Below are positions 43,756 through 53,622 of a stretch of 64,000 bases of DNA, one piece after another. The stretch lies in IMG/VR virus record IMGVR_UViG_3300027861_000010; one strand, written 5' to 3'. The notes under the pieces are model-generated. The model saw nothing but the letters and a program-made list of their open reading frames with translations. It was not told where the DNA came from and did not search any database. Source of the DNA: a virus. Position numbers and translations under genes: made by a program. Numbering within the stretch: position 1 is the first letter of the stretch; the number at the start of each line of letters is the position of its first letter.

Positions 43756-44574
43756 TTGATTATGTTCACAGTGTGTGCAGTACTTTACGGTGACCACCTC
43801 CCATTGGCTGTGAAGCTTTTGGAATCACTTAGGGTGAATTCACGCGTTGCGGACATCCGGCTTGGGCTCAACTCGGTCTCGACGGAAACGTCAAACTACG
43901 TCCATTCGTGGGCATTGGACCAGATGCGAGCCCAGCCGGTTTTTATCTTTGAACCGACAAATAACGGCAACGTGGGCAAGTACCCGTTGATGCGGCAGAT
44001 GTTTCGCTACGGAGATTTGTCCGACAAGATCATGTGGTTCGACGATGATAGCTATGTTGACCCTGCTGCCGGTATTGATTGGTGGCACCGGGCTGATGCG
44101 GCATCGAACAAACAAACACAGATTGGTGCGATCCACATCATCATGCAGCGTGGAAAGCAATTTGAAGTGATACAGCAGCAGCCGTGGTTTCGCGGCAAGA
44201 TCATCAATGCCCGTCATCGGTTCAAGTTCGTGACGGGTGGTTGGTGGGTTGCCAACACAGCTTTCCTGCTGAAGTGGGATTACCCCTTCCCTCAGCTGTA
44301 TCACAACGGTGGTGACTCCATCCTGGGTGAGTTGCTTCGGCAACAGAACATCACGCCAGGAAAGTTCCCAGGGGGCTTACAGTGTTGTTGCGAGGCTTGC
44401 AGTAAAAAAGGCATTAAGCCGAATCAGCCTGTTGTGCACATCAATGTTGGTGGGCGACAAGGACGCAGAGGGATCGGCGTCAAGAACGAGAAGTACATTT
44501 GGTCGGATGGAAATCCGAACCCAAGCCTCGAACATCAGAATTTTGACATGAAGGTCTACCGATATGAAATTTGA
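43756..44574 (+). CDS. GT-A (GT2-like) glycosyltransferase
   Basis: GKYPLMRQM, IMWFDDDSY (DxD), FVTGGWW and GGDSILGE. Confidence 0.65.
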   Translation: MIMFTVCAVLYGDHLPLAVKLLESLRVNSRVADIRLGLNSVSTETSNYVHSWALDQMRAQPVFIFEPTNNGNVGKYPLMRQMFRYGDLSDKIMWFDDDSYVDPAAGIDWWHRADAASNKQTQIGAIHIIMQRGKQFEVIQQQPWFRGKIINARHRFKFVTGGWWVANTAFLLKWDYPFPQLYHNGGDSILGELLRQQNITPGKFPGGLQCCCEACSKKGIKPNQPVVHINVGGRQGRRGIGVKNEKYIWSDGNPNPSLEHQNFDMKVYRYEI

Positions 44575-44968
44575 GTACCACACATTTGAAGTGGAACCCT
44601 ACCTGGCCGCAGGAAACCAACCATCATTCACAATGAAGGGCGTTTCTGCTGCTTCCAAGTACTACACGCTGATTGATCCTGGCAGCATGAAATACTCGCT
44701 GACGGCAAGTCAAAGTGAGGGAGTCAGGATTCCGGTATTTGCCGTGGCTACCTCTCCTGAAGTCGAACAACCGGAGGATGTTCGTGATCTAACTGTTGGC
44801 AGTATGTTGTTCGCTATGGGGTTGGAGAACGCCATGCGATTTATTGAAAACTTGAACCTGACCCTACCAATTGGACGTGTCGTGGTAGTTCTGGCAACAA
44901 ATTGTCACGAACTTTCTGGTGGCCGATACAGGGCCTACTTCGGCATAACGGTGGAGGTCCCAAACTGA
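44564..44968 (+). CDS. Hypothetical protein
   Basis: Coupled ORF, 134 aa. Confidence 0.55.
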   Translation: MKFEYHTFEVEPYLAAGNQPSFTMKGVSAASKYYTLIDPGSMKYSLTASQSEGVRIPVFAVATSPEVEQPEDVRDLTVGSMLFAMGLENAMRFIENLNLTLPIGRVVVVLATNCHELSGGRYRAYFGITVEVPN

Positions 44969-44976
44969 GAAGACAA

Positions 44977-45522
44977 ATGAAACAACACAACTGGGGCAGG
45001 ATGAAGCCTGATGATGGTTTCTTCGCAGCCTTGAACGTAAATGGTGAAGTGAGTGCCGAGTTGGTCTTTGGTTTTTATGTCCAAGGCTCGCTGGTCAAGT
45101 CAAGAATCGTCGATAGCCGTAAATGGCCGACAGCCCGACAGATTGGTGATCTGAAACGTCGGTTGATTTTTTGGGAAGGTTTTGCGGAATACCTAAATGC
45201 AGGGGGAAATCCGCACGAACTGTCCGAAGATTTCAACAGCATATTGGCGGACTTCAATGGGAGCCTGTTCTTCGAGGGGTGGTCGTATTTCGATACGGGC
45301 ATCAACACGAACGGCAATCGCGTCCATGAGTTCATCAGTGATAACCCCGAGCATGTAACTCCGCAGCGTTTCGTACGTTGGGTGAGGAATGAATTTATTG
45401 ACTACAAATTGACTGAGATTGATATGACGGATACTGAAAATCATGGATACAACGACACACCCCCCGAAACCAACAGTCTCCGTGAAGTTGGTTTTGGCGA
45501 GAAGGGACAAGCTGACGAGTAA
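44977..45522 (+). CDS. Hypothetical protein
   Basis: ATG at 44977 after the previous stop. Confidence 0.55.
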   Translation: MKQHNWGRMKPDDGFFAALNVNGEVSAELVFGFYVQGSLVKSRIVDSRKWPTARQIGDLKRRLIFWEGFAEYLNAGGNPHELSEDFNSILADFNGSLFFEGWSYFDTGINTNGNRVHEFISDNPEHVTPQRFVRWVRNEFIDYKLTEIDMTDTENHGYNDTPPETNSLREVGFGEKGQADE

Positions 45523-46354
45523 GCTGACTCAGTTCCTTGGACATAAAATGGTGTCTGAAACATTTCAAGGGTTTGTAGACACCATGCACGCTAACCTGCC
45601 GGATAACATCCTGCGGGATACCGTGCTCAACAGCGTTAAGGGGTTGCTCAAGAAGAAGCTCTCTGATGAGATGTTGTACGAAACCTGTTGGAGGATCGCA
45701 GGTAACCTGGATGATTTGCTGGACCAGAAGCCTGTACCTGTGTGGGCAAGGCAGACTCGGTTTGAGTGGATTCCGGCTGAGGTTTGCGAAGTGCAAACTG
45801 TTAAGCGATTCCACAGACTGACGAATCAGTTGGTGTTTCAGTCGCTTGCCGGTTCTGTGGTTCCACGCCGAGTAGTGCAGCATTGGTCGTTTCGGAAGAC
45901 GAGCTATCTGGCTACGTTCCGAGACGAACAAAACCGTGGTTTTGGTTTTGGTCGACATCGGTTGAATCGCCGCGGTGAGCAGCAGGGCCGATGTCTGTAC
46001 TACGATGTGCGGCAGTTCTACGGCTTGCGTTGTCTACTGCTTCTGGATCCTGAGCGGTCCAAGGTGGAGCCCGAGGCCACTGAAGTAGGCCACACTGGTT
46101 CTCTCATGACACATAATCGTGAGTTGATTCGAGCCAGGGACAGGGTAGAGACGCCTTGTGCCCGAGGACTACCTGACACTCAGGAGTGTTTTGCGTGTCC
46201 GTACGGTACGGATATCTGTTCTTTTGCAACGCACCCGTCTACTTACAAACGAGGCAGTTGCCCGCGGTGCGGAGCTGCGGGATTTTTCGACACAGATGAG
46301 GAAGATCACCCAGGTATCTGTATCAACTGTGTTTTCGAGGAAAGGAGAATGTGA
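45443..46354 (+). CDS. Hypothetical protein with Cys-rich C-terminus
   Basis: CFAC, CPRC and CINC pairs. Confidence 0.6.
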   Translation: MDTTTHPPKPTVSVKLVLARRDKLTSKLTQFLGHKMVSETFQGFVDTMHANLPDNILRDTVLNSVKGLLKKKLSDEMLYETCWRIAGNLDDLLDQKPVPVWARQTRFEWIPAEVCEVQTVKRFHRLTNQLVFQSLAGSVVPRRVVQHWSFRKTSYLATFRDEQNRGFGFGRHRLNRRGEQQGRCLYYDVRQFYGLRCLLLLDPERSKVEPEATEVGHTGSLMTHNRELIRARDRVETPCARGLPDTQECFACPYGTDICSFATHPSTYKRGSCPRCGAAGFFDTDEEDHPGICINCVFEERRM

Positions 46355-46704
46355 TGGGAATTCACCCCAATCGCGAAGTTGTGGCTGTCGCAGAACATAC
46401 TCGGCCACTTGGACGCACCCCATCTCTTTTCATCGAAGAGTACTGGGTTAACGGACCAGAACAGCACTTCGAGGAATGGTTGTACCGCAAGGGCTTTCGA
46501 CCTGTGTGGGATCATTTCCTTGGGTCTACAGAAACATTGGACGGCATCGACGCAGATACGTTCAACGCCTATTACCATGACAAGGAACACGGGTTCCAGG
46601 TTGACCGGGAGCGAAGCCGTCGTGGCTGGACATGGGGCAACGTGGCTGCCTTTGCGTCCAGGATCAAATCAATCAAACGCTTTACCAACAGGAGCGACAC
46701 ATGA
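46351..46704 (+). CDS. Hypothetical protein
   Basis: AAGGAG RBS, GTGA coupling. Confidence 0.55.
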   Translation: MMGIHPNREVVAVAEHTRPLGRTPSLFIEEYWVNGPEQHFEEWLYRKGFRPVWDHFLGSTETLDGIDADTFNAYYHDKEHGFQVDRERSRRGWTWGNVAAFASRIKSIKRFTNRSDT

Positions 46705-47219
46705 CTTTACAAGCACGAATGAGTGCAGACGATCGTCGGCTGTACAACCCAGGCCGAGACGTGGCTCATAACTTTCAAGAGGTGATGAATCTCGTTGCCG
46801 GTAGACTGGAAGACGAGAAGTGGCCGGAGCTCAAGGAGATCCTCGCTCGCGAAGAGGTCAACATGGACGATCTCGGTGAGGCTTGCGGAGCCTACTGCCG
46901 GTACATTGCTTCCGCAGCGGATGAGGACAAGCGTGAATTGTCGATGATTGACTCTATGCGGGCTTCCGGCTTCATGGACTGCAAACCCGCAGCCCAGGTT
47001 GCCGTACTGGCCATGATCGGCACCTGTTATGCTGGAATACAGTTCGGCGGCATTCGTGAAGCAACCGTCGGGGGCGAAGGTCCGCTCGAGACTATCGCTG
47101 ATGTTGCTAAACACGCTGAACGACTGAAGAGCTACATCGGCAAACCGCGATGGCGAAGGAGGCTGTCTGACCTGGTGCGAAGGATCGGACACGCGTTTCA
47201 AACCCTTCGAGGAGAATAA
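46701..47219 (+). CDS. Hypothetical protein
   Basis: AGGAG RBS, ATGA coupling. Confidence 0.6.
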   Translation: MTLQARMSADDRRLYNPGRDVAHNFQEVMNLVAGRLEDEKWPELKEILAREEVNMDDLGEACGAYCRYIASAADEDKRELSMIDSMRASGFMDCKPAAQVAVLAMIGTCYAGIQFGGIREATVGGEGPLETIADVAKHAERLKSYIGKPRWRRRLSDLVRRIGHAFQTLRGE

Positions 47220-47220
47220 T

Positions 47221-47475
47221 ATGGACTGTCCCAAGTGCGGCGAAGAATGCTGCCGTGATGAGGTGGATGTCGGCGTCGGTGTGATTCATGGTCCTTACGG
47301 TTGTATGTGCGGTTGGTCGGAAGATCCACGGTATGATGCCAGCGAGGGCGAGTCACCAGCACAGCAAGAACACCCAGACTGGTTTGTTGATTCACAGGGT
47401 GGGTTGGTTCGCAAGTCGACGGTAGAGAAGAAACTCAAACACTTTGGTGTGAAAACTGAAGGACTCGATCTTTAA
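47221..47475 (+). CDS. Small Zn-ribbon protein
   Basis: MDCPKCG and YGCMCG motifs; GAGGAG RBS. Confidence 0.6.
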   Translation: MDCPKCGEECCRDEVDVGVGVIHGPYGCMCGWSEDPRYDASEGESPAQQEHPDWFVDSQGGLVRKSTVEKKLKHFGVKTEGLDL

Positions 47476-47495
47476 CTTAGCGTCAAGGATGTAGC

Positions 47496-48461
47496 ATGAT
47501 TGTCAATGAATGGGACGCAGTCTTTACTGCTAAGTACGGACACCAATTTCCACAAAGTTATCTAACGTTCGACACGGAGTTCACCGGGTCAAACGGAAGG
47601 GATGATCTCATTTTGGAGATCGGACATACGATGGTGGAAGACGGTAAGGTCGTTGACGAGATGAACATCGTCTTGAATTGGTACGACCATCCACAGGTGC
47701 AGGAATCGTGGTTGAACTACAAGCTCAACAACATGCGTCACATTGTTGGCCCCAGCTGGACTTTGATGCCGGACATGGTACGTAAAGAGGGCATTGACCC
47801 AGTCAAAGCTCTCAGGTTTTATCACAAACTGTTTGACACTTGGAAGCAACGTGGGCTGCCTTTTGTAGCTCAGAACGGACAGACAGCTGACGAGCGGTTA
47901 TTGCGTGGGAACTTCGATAAGTTCCTGAACAAGCCGTTTGAGTTACCGGCCAACGGATATTTCGATACGGGAGCAATCTACAAGGCGACCCAAATCTGGA
48001 ATGCAACCGACGGTGACGCTATGAACTTCAAGCTGAACATGTTGCCTCATCGCACGGATACACTGAAGACATACTTTAATCGCGTCATTCACACGAGAGT
48101 TTCTGGTGTGAAGTGGAGTCTGGACTTGATCCTGGACCACTACGACCTGATCGAGAAACACAATGTAACGCCAGAGCAGAGGCACTCTGCTGGGTTTGAT
48201 TCGTTGTGTCTTTACTGGATCATGGAGGAGTTTCACAGTCGTGTATCCAAAGTCAACGTCGAGGAAAATCCGTTCGCATCTGCGGAAGCAATGCAAAGGG
48301 CTTTCGATCAGGAGTCAGCAAAATACAAGCTTGCTCAGGAAGCGAAGGCGAAAGCGACAACAGAAGAGGCCCCCAGAGAGGCACCCGCCACTGGACAAGT
48401 CAAGCGAACCAAAGCCGCTCCTTCACAGAAGCGACGACGACGCAAACAGCGAGTAATTTAG
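47496..48461 (+). CDS. DEDDh 3'-5' exonuclease (DnaQ-like)
   Basis: ExoI TFDTEFTG, ExoII AQNGQTAD, FDT and ExoIII HSAGFD. Confidence 0.8.
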   Translation: MIVNEWDAVFTAKYGHQFPQSYLTFDTEFTGSNGRDDLILEIGHTMVEDGKVVDEMNIVLNWYDHPQVQESWLNYKLNNMRHIVGPSWTLMPDMVRKEGIDPVKALRFYHKLFDTWKQRGLPFVAQNGQTADERLLRGNFDKFLNKPFELPANGYFDTGAIYKATQIWNATDGDAMNFKLNMLPHRTDTLKTYFNRVIHTRVSGVKWSLDLILDHYDLIEKHNVTPEQRHSAGFDSLCLYWIMEEFHSRVSKVNVEENPFASAEAMQRAFDQESAKYKLAQEAKAKATTEEAPREAPATGQVKRTKAAPSQKRRRRKQRVI

Positions 48462-48474
48462 GAGGTAAGAAAAG

Positions 48475-48915
48475 GTGAAGCGAAAGGATTATGTCTCTCA
48501 GGGCGAGCTGCCTGAGTATCGCGACGAAAATTGTCCAGTCAGTTGTCCTTTGTTGGGCCATGTTGAGTTCATTCCGGTGGTTGATCACGACCATAAGACT
48601 GGGAGGATTCGCGGTGTCGTGTCAAATGAAGGCAATGCGTTGTTGGGTAAGATCGAAAACTTCTACCGCTCGCGTTGTGTGAACGGGAAGTGGGACTTAC
48701 CTGAAGTGTTGCGTATGCTTGCTTGTTACCTGGAACAGGAACAAGGGCCACTTCATCCGGTAGGCACTAGGCAGTTGACGAAGCGATTCAACCGAATGAA
48801 GAAAAACGAACAGAAAACTTTACTGCAGATCGCTGGAGCTACTTCCGAGGAGATCGCGGCCTGCAAGAACAGCAAGGAACGAACCAAACTTTATCGGAGC
48901 AAAATTGTCAAATGA
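48475..48915 (+). CDS. Recombination endonuclease VII-like protein
   Basis: VVDHDHKTGRIRGVVSNEGNALLGKIEN motif. Confidence 0.85.
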   Translation: MKRKDYVSQGELPEYRDENCPVSCPLLGHVEFIPVVDHDHKTGRIRGVVSNEGNALLGKIENFYRSRCVNGKWDLPEVLRMLACYLEQEQGPLHPVGTRQLTKRFNRMKKNEQKTLLQIAGATSEEIAACKNSKERTKLYRSKIVK

Positions 48916-49124
48916 GTAAAACACTACCTGAGCATCTGCGGACAGATGTAAGGGCTGGCGATCTGGGGGAGATCCAAGTCCACACCAGACTGAAGAATAA
49001 CCGCGGCTCGTGTAATTTCTGCAATCGAACCAACTATTCTGTTGTGCACGAGTTGTCTGGTTCGCACCTCAAGGTGCGGCTGTGCAATCGTTGCCTACAA
49101 GTCGTGAGGAAGCACAAACCATGA
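48912..49124 (+). CDS. Small Zn-finger protein
   Basis: CNFC and CNRC pairs. Confidence 0.5.
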   Translation: MSKTLPEHLRTDVRAGDLGEIQVHTRLKNNRGSCNFCNRTNYSVVHELSGSHLKVRLCNRCLQVVRKHKP

Positions 49125-49327
49125 AAGAAGGTGACAAAGTAACCCGAATGCTGGCAGGCTCGCTGCCACTGGAGTTGAAGATTACCGAGCTCACGGATGA
49201 CCTTGTTGTCTGTGGGCCGTGGCAGTTCGATCGAGCAACAGGAGCTGAGATCGACGAGGACCTTGATTGGGGTCCACCGCCGCGACATACCGGGTCTTTC
49301 CTGAAGGAACTACAACGGAATGATTGA
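49121..49327 (+). CDS. Hypothetical protein
   Basis: ATGA coupling; CGPWQFDRATGAEID motif. Confidence 0.5.
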   Translation: MKEGDKVTRMLAGSLPLELKITELTDDLVVCGPWQFDRATGAEIDEDLDWGPPPRHTGSFLKELQRND

Positions 49328-50066
49328 TCCCGAGAAGATCACTGACTTTGAACGAGATGAAGCAGGGCTCCAAGAGTTCCTGCTTTTCGCATTATTTGCA
49401 GTCCACACAAATGCTGACGTAGCTGCCAATGCCTTGGCAACATTACTGAAGCGTGCTGGATCAAAGAAGGCTGAGCCCTTCAAAGCACTAAAACAACTGC
49501 GGCAGTTGTTGGATACTAAGAACGAAGAAAGCCGTCCTGGAGTAAAAGCAGACCTACAGGCCATTCTTTCTGAGTGCGGCCTTCGTTATCATGGGATGCG
49601 AGCAGAAGCAATTTTGAAACTCACGGACAAGATGGTCCTGGATCAGCATGGATTTTCAGCCCCAATGCTTTGGCAGCTGAAGCGAAGTGACCTGATACAG
49701 TGGTATGGGATCGGAATGAAGACCGCCAGCTTCTTTCTGATCCACTCACAGTATGATGCTGAAGTTGCTTGCCTGGATGTACACATCATGAGGTACTTGC
49801 GTCAACGACATGAAGACGCTCCTACTGACCCGTGGAAATCGAAGGCAGTGTACGAGAAGTGGGAGAGGGTGTTCCTCGACCATGCGACCGAATTGGATTA
49901 TCATCCAGCAGAGCTCGATATTCTCATTTGGTCGCGGTACCGTAAAAATCCGGATTTTAGCGTGAAGGACATTCCATGGCGGAAGAACAACCCGAAACTC
50001 CCAAGATTCCCGACGCAGCCGAGAGCCAGGAAGCAAGCCCAGCTCCTGAATCTCGACCAGCTCTGA
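49320..50066 (+). CDS. HhH-GPD DNA glycosylase/lyase (8-oxoguanine glycosylase-like)
   Basis: HhH GIGMKTASFFL with catalytic Lys; ACLDVHIMR with catalytic Asp; ELDILIW. Confidence 0.8.
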   Translation: MIDPEKITDFERDEAGLQEFLLFALFAVHTNADVAANALATLLKRAGSKKAEPFKALKQLRQLLDTKNEESRPGVKADLQAILSECGLRYHGMRAEAILKLTDKMVLDQHGFSAPMLWQLKRSDLIQWYGIGMKTASFFLIHSQYDAEVACLDVHIMRYLRQRHEDAPTDPWKSKAVYEKWERVFLDHATELDYHPAELDILIWSRYRKNPDFSVKDIPWRKNNPKLPRFPTQPRARKQAQLLNLDQL

Positions 50067-51172
50067 CAGCCGAGCAGCAGGAGATTGCAGAAGCAATGAC
50101 GGCTGTCGCTGCTATCGCAAATCGGCTGGTGGCTAATGACACGCGGTACGGTCGATTGATTGCCAGCATGTTGGCGTCTCGACAACTTTACGCGATGTGT
50201 CTGTACGAGCTCGAGCGGGTGTGTGCGGACACAAATTTCAAGAAGGCGACCGAACAGGAAGACGAGCCCGATCTGGAGGGTGTCGATAAAGAGTTGCCTG
50301 AAGCTCAACTGGCAATGCTTAAAGAGATCCTGATCAACTCCGCGGCGGTACAGGCCCAGCAACCGTTCGACGAGCAACTGCTATTTAACGGTTTCGTCAA
50401 TACGGTGTTCCCTTGGATGAAGGACGTAGTGTCTCTGCACACTGAGATGCAGAACAAGGAGCGTAAGCGTCAATTCATGGAAAAAGAGAAGGAGCGTGTG
50501 GTCAAGAAGATCGCCTTTAACATCCAGATGTTTCCTCAGACTGAGGAAAGCGATGGCTTCTGGTTGGATCGCGGAAAGCCTGTGCTGTTCGTCGGCGACC
50601 GGGCTGTCCTGTTGTGGTTGATGGATCACGTCATCGAGAACGCCGTGAAGGTAGGTAACAATGTCGAGCAGATCCTGAGACTCCACGCCGGGGGTAAGCC
50701 CAAGCACACTGACTCACAGGTCTGGTATCTTCCGAAGGACGATTGGAGTGCGGTGGCTGAGACAAACACAGCGTTCCAGCGGGTCTACCAAGAACACGTC
50801 ATGCACAACCTAGCGGCTCCAGTGGATTTGATGCTGGTGGACGATTTGTGTCATGCTCGCAAAGACATGTCGTATGCTTCAATTACCTCGATCGCTAACG
50901 AATCTCAAAAGAAATTCAAGCGTTGGGCTGAAGCTGCTGGTGCCTTACTGGTAGGCTGTCTTCCCTTGGATCGTTCACTCAAGGCCAACGAGCTCAACAC
51001 TACGGAGTTTGAGACCTTGCGAATGCATAATACGCTGCGAGGCGTGGCCAGCAGCCCTATCACTGTTGACGGGACTGATTGGGTAAAGATCGAAGTGGGA
51101 CAACATGAGGTTGCTCGATTACCTAAAGAGGAATTGGAAGCCTATCGAAAAAGCAATATCGTCATTCCTTAG
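49976..51172 (+). CDS. Hypothetical protein; C-terminal half may be a degenerate P-loop/RecA-like fold
   Basis: PVDLMLVDDL resembles a Walker B motif; no intact Walker A seen. Confidence 0.55.
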   Translation: MAEEQPETPKIPDAAESQEASPAPESRPALTAEQQEIAEAMTAVAAIANRLVANDTRYGRLIASMLASRQLYAMCLYELERVCADTNFKKATEQEDEPDLEGVDKELPEAQLAMLKEILINSAAVQAQQPFDEQLLFNGFVNTVFPWMKDVVSLHTEMQNKERKRQFMEKEKERVVKKIAFNIQMFPQTEESDGFWLDRGKPVLFVGDRAVLLWLMDHVIENAVKVGNNVEQILRLHAGGKPKHTDSQVWYLPKDDWSAVAETNTAFQRVYQEHVMHNLAAPVDLMLVDDLCHARKDMSYASITSIANESQKKFKRWAEAAGALLVGCLPLDRSLKANELNTTEFETLRMHNTLRGVASSPITVDGTDWVKIEVGQHEVARLPKEELEAYRKSNIVIP

Positions 51173-51180
51173 GAGACAGC

Positions 51181-51924
51181 ATGTACGTATTTGTAAGTTG
51201 GGCGTACCTGGATGTCGCCGTCGGAGCTGAGGAACGTCGAGTTTTCTGGCTCAAAGATATGCTGGAAAGGGAAGGCCTGGATGCCGGTAGCATTACCTTT
51301 CCAGGCGAACTTTCAGAAGAATCTGAAGAATCTGAAGAATACAGTCAGTTAACGGACAAGCTATCCACCGAATTCTGCTTGCCGGAATACGATGCCTGGC
51401 TTAAGGCGAGGGCAGACAACAAGACCCCCATAGATCGTGTGAATGGGAATCTGTTGGGAGTGCGTTTTGTCATTCCGGAGATGGAGAAGGTCGTCACGTA
51501 TCAACTGTCGAAGAGGATGCCAGGTACAGGAAAGCTGCCCGTCAGCCTTGCCTGCCGGTCATTGCTGCTCAATACCTTCAAGGGCGAGTGGACTGGAGAT
51601 TTGATCAAACCTGGCACAGACCGTTTGGTTCTGGTTGGGATGAAAGGCATCAAGAACTTCCTTAAAGATCTTGCGATAGCTTGTGCCGCCCTGGGGGAAC
51701 CACTCCCTGTCGACTTGTGGCAGAGGCAGTCTTGCGTGGCCCTGCCAGAGGAGAAGAAACTGCGTGAGCTTGTTGATGCGTGTGCGTTTAATAAGCAAGG
51801 AGAGTCAGATCAAGAGAAGTATAAAAACTTGATCCTCGGTTGGATGGGGCCTGGGGCTAGTGCGGAACGCGACAGTGCGATTGCACTGGCTACCGGCTTC
51901 AGGCTTGGACTTAGGGGAACGTAG
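51181..51924 (+). CDS. Hypothetical protein
   Basis: AGGAG RBS; 247 aa. Confidence 0.6.
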   Translation: MYVFVSWAYLDVAVGAEERRVFWLKDMLEREGLDAGSITFPGELSEESEESEEYSQLTDKLSTEFCLPEYDAWLKARADNKTPIDRVNGNLLGVRFVIPEMEKVVTYQLSKRMPGTGKLPVSLACRSLLLNTFKGEWTGDLIKPGTDRLVLVGMKGIKNFLKDLAIACAALGEPLPVDLWQRQSCVALPEEKKLRELVDACAFNKQGESDQEKYKNLILGWMGPGASAERDSAIALATGFRLGLRGT

Positions 51925-51925
51925 G

Positions 51926-52630
51926 ATGGATCAGCAGCCTCCGAAATTGGAAAAAGACAAGCATTACACTTTCCGTCCGTTTCGGGTGCCAAAGTATCGG
52001 GTGCAGTTCGAGCGAGCAGGGATGCTCGCCGACATCCCTGGTTATGTTTGGTACTCCCCGGCTGCGATGTACGTCTGGGGTCGTTACTCTGAAGTGAATC
52101 TGTCTGACTTGGTCCAGCAGAAGGACGTGAAGATCTTCTGGTACAAGTTTGATCGCCCGATCTTCAAAGGTTTTACGGTCAATGGGGATCCAAGCTGGAA
52201 CCACACATTGTGGGCAGCCCGGGAAGAAGACTGGGCTAAGATTTATGGTACTGTCCTTGAGACGGTGCAGTTCGATATCCCAAACAAGCGGTTGTACCAG
52301 TACGCTTTACAAAAGTTGACTGTTTATGATCCGCTGCATGTGGATAATAATCGGGTGGTACTTCAGTCAACTCCGCAGATTGATATCCACGCCTTTGCTG
52401 TACTCTCCAATGTTGGGCAATTCGCATTCGATACCCGAAAACCGGATGTGCGGGCTCAACCTGGAATGGTCACATTCAAACCTGAAAAGTTACATACCGA
52501 CGCGGCGAAACGGCTGTTTGCTCAAGAGGGGCTGACTCAGGACGACGCCTTTGAACGTTACAAACAGATCATGCTCGACGCTCAAGACGCTGTGTTCGAG
52601 CAAAAATGGAAGAGGGAAACAGATGGCTGA
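51926..52630 (+). CDS. Hypothetical protein
   Basis: ATG at 51926 right after the previous stop. Confidence 0.6.
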   Translation: MDQQPPKLEKDKHYTFRPFRVPKYRVQFERAGMLADIPGYVWYSPAAMYVWGRYSEVNLSDLVQQKDVKIFWYKFDRPIFKGFTVNGDPSWNHTLWAAREEDWAKIYGTVLETVQFDIPNKRLYQYALQKLTVYDPLHVDNNRVVLQSTPQIDIHAFAVLSNVGQFAFDTRKPDVRAQPGMVTFKPEKLHTDAAKRLFAQEGLTQDDAFERYKQIMLDAQDAVFEQKWKRETDG

Positions 52631-52919
52631 ACAAGTGGATGAAGTACCAACTGGGAATAACGCACCTGCTCCTGTGGAGTTCCCACTGCCTTCGCTGCGT
52701 AAATTCCTACTGCCGGATCAGTTGGTGTTGTTACGCTCTTTTGAGGCTCCGACGTTGCCTGAGCTTGACGCTCAAGTGAACCAGTGGGTTACCGAGACTA
52801 TGGCTATCATCACCATTCCATCCTCGATTAACAAAATTGAAAGTGCGTCTGGTACAACTTATACCGTGACTTTGACACACATTCGAGCGGCAGACGGGAT
52901 TGAAAATGTCAAAGCTTAA
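52623..52919 (+). CDS. Hypothetical protein
   Basis: GAGGG RBS; coupled ORF. Confidence 0.55.
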   Translation: MAEQVDEVPTGNNAPAPVEFPLPSLRKFLLPDQLVLLRSFEAPTLPELDAQVNQWVTETMAIITIPSSINKIESASGTTYTVTLTHIRAADGIENVKA

Positions 52920-53547
52920 AGAGCAATGGGAGAAATACCTTGACACAGTACCTGGCCTTGTTGACGTCGTGGTTCCGCAGAACACTCCGCTTGGAGACGA
53001 CGACGCCGAGTATCGAGCCTTCGCGGCAGACTTACCTGCCGACATCGCGGAACGCATGGCTGAAGCCCCCAACCAGGCCGATGAACCGCCTTGGGAAAAG
53101 GTCATCGAGCACCAGTGGTGTCTTTGCGAAATGCCCGAAGCGGACTTTCCCAGAGTCTACGCCTTTCCCTCCCTCAAAAGACTGGTCGAAGCACTTGCCA
53201 AACGTGAGGGAAATGAAACCGCCGTTTGGCCGATGTTCGGAGTACCGCTACGACTTACCAAAGCATTGCCGAACCCTAAGAAGCCTGGAGCCTTGACCCG
53301 CTACCTTTTACTGCCTAACCAGCTGGCTGCGGTAGTTTCAAGCAATGAGGGTTTTCAACTGATACCCCAAACCGTCCTACCGGACAGCCTGGAGATGCAG
53401 GATGAGGGTTGGTTAGGTGATCCAGATTTGTTGAAAGAGCAAGGTTACTTCATTGATGGCTTTGTAGAGGAAGACGAGTTTTCGACTGATCCCGACATGG
53501 GGTCGGACGATGACGATGGGGAAGACCCCAACTACATCGAAGAATAA
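52906..53547 (+). CDS. Hypothetical protein with acidic tail
   Basis: About 213-aa ORF. Confidence 0.6.
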   Translation: MSKLKEQWEKYLDTVPGLVDVVVPQNTPLGDDDAEYRAFAADLPADIAERMAEAPNQADEPPWEKVIEHQWCLCEMPEADFPRVYAFPSLKRLVEALAKREGNETAVWPMFGVPLRLTKALPNPKKPGALTRYLLLPNQLAAVVSSNEGFQLIPQTVLPDSLEMQDEGWLGDPDLLKEQGYFIDGFVEEDEFSTDPDMGSDDDDGEDPNYIEE

Positions 53548-53552
53548 TCCTT

Positions 53553-53622
53553 TTTTTTTAGCTATCAGGTAACGCCATGGCCGATAATTCAGTTCGTAAT
53601 AATTCGCCAGATCCGAAAGAGT
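53553..53622 (+). repeat. 70-bp inverted dispersed repeat, copy B (leader and first 15 codons of 53577..54680)
   Basis: Matches the reverse complement of 13698-13767 at 69/70 positions. Confidence 0.95.

Noticed and set aside
49976-51172. Active ATPase
   Set aside because: Only a Walker B-like segment is present; no GxxxxGK[ST] motif.
53551-53559. T9 run as a frameshift or phase-variation site
   Set aside because: Intergenic, after the 53547 stop and with no preceding hairpin; relevant only as part of the inverted repeat.
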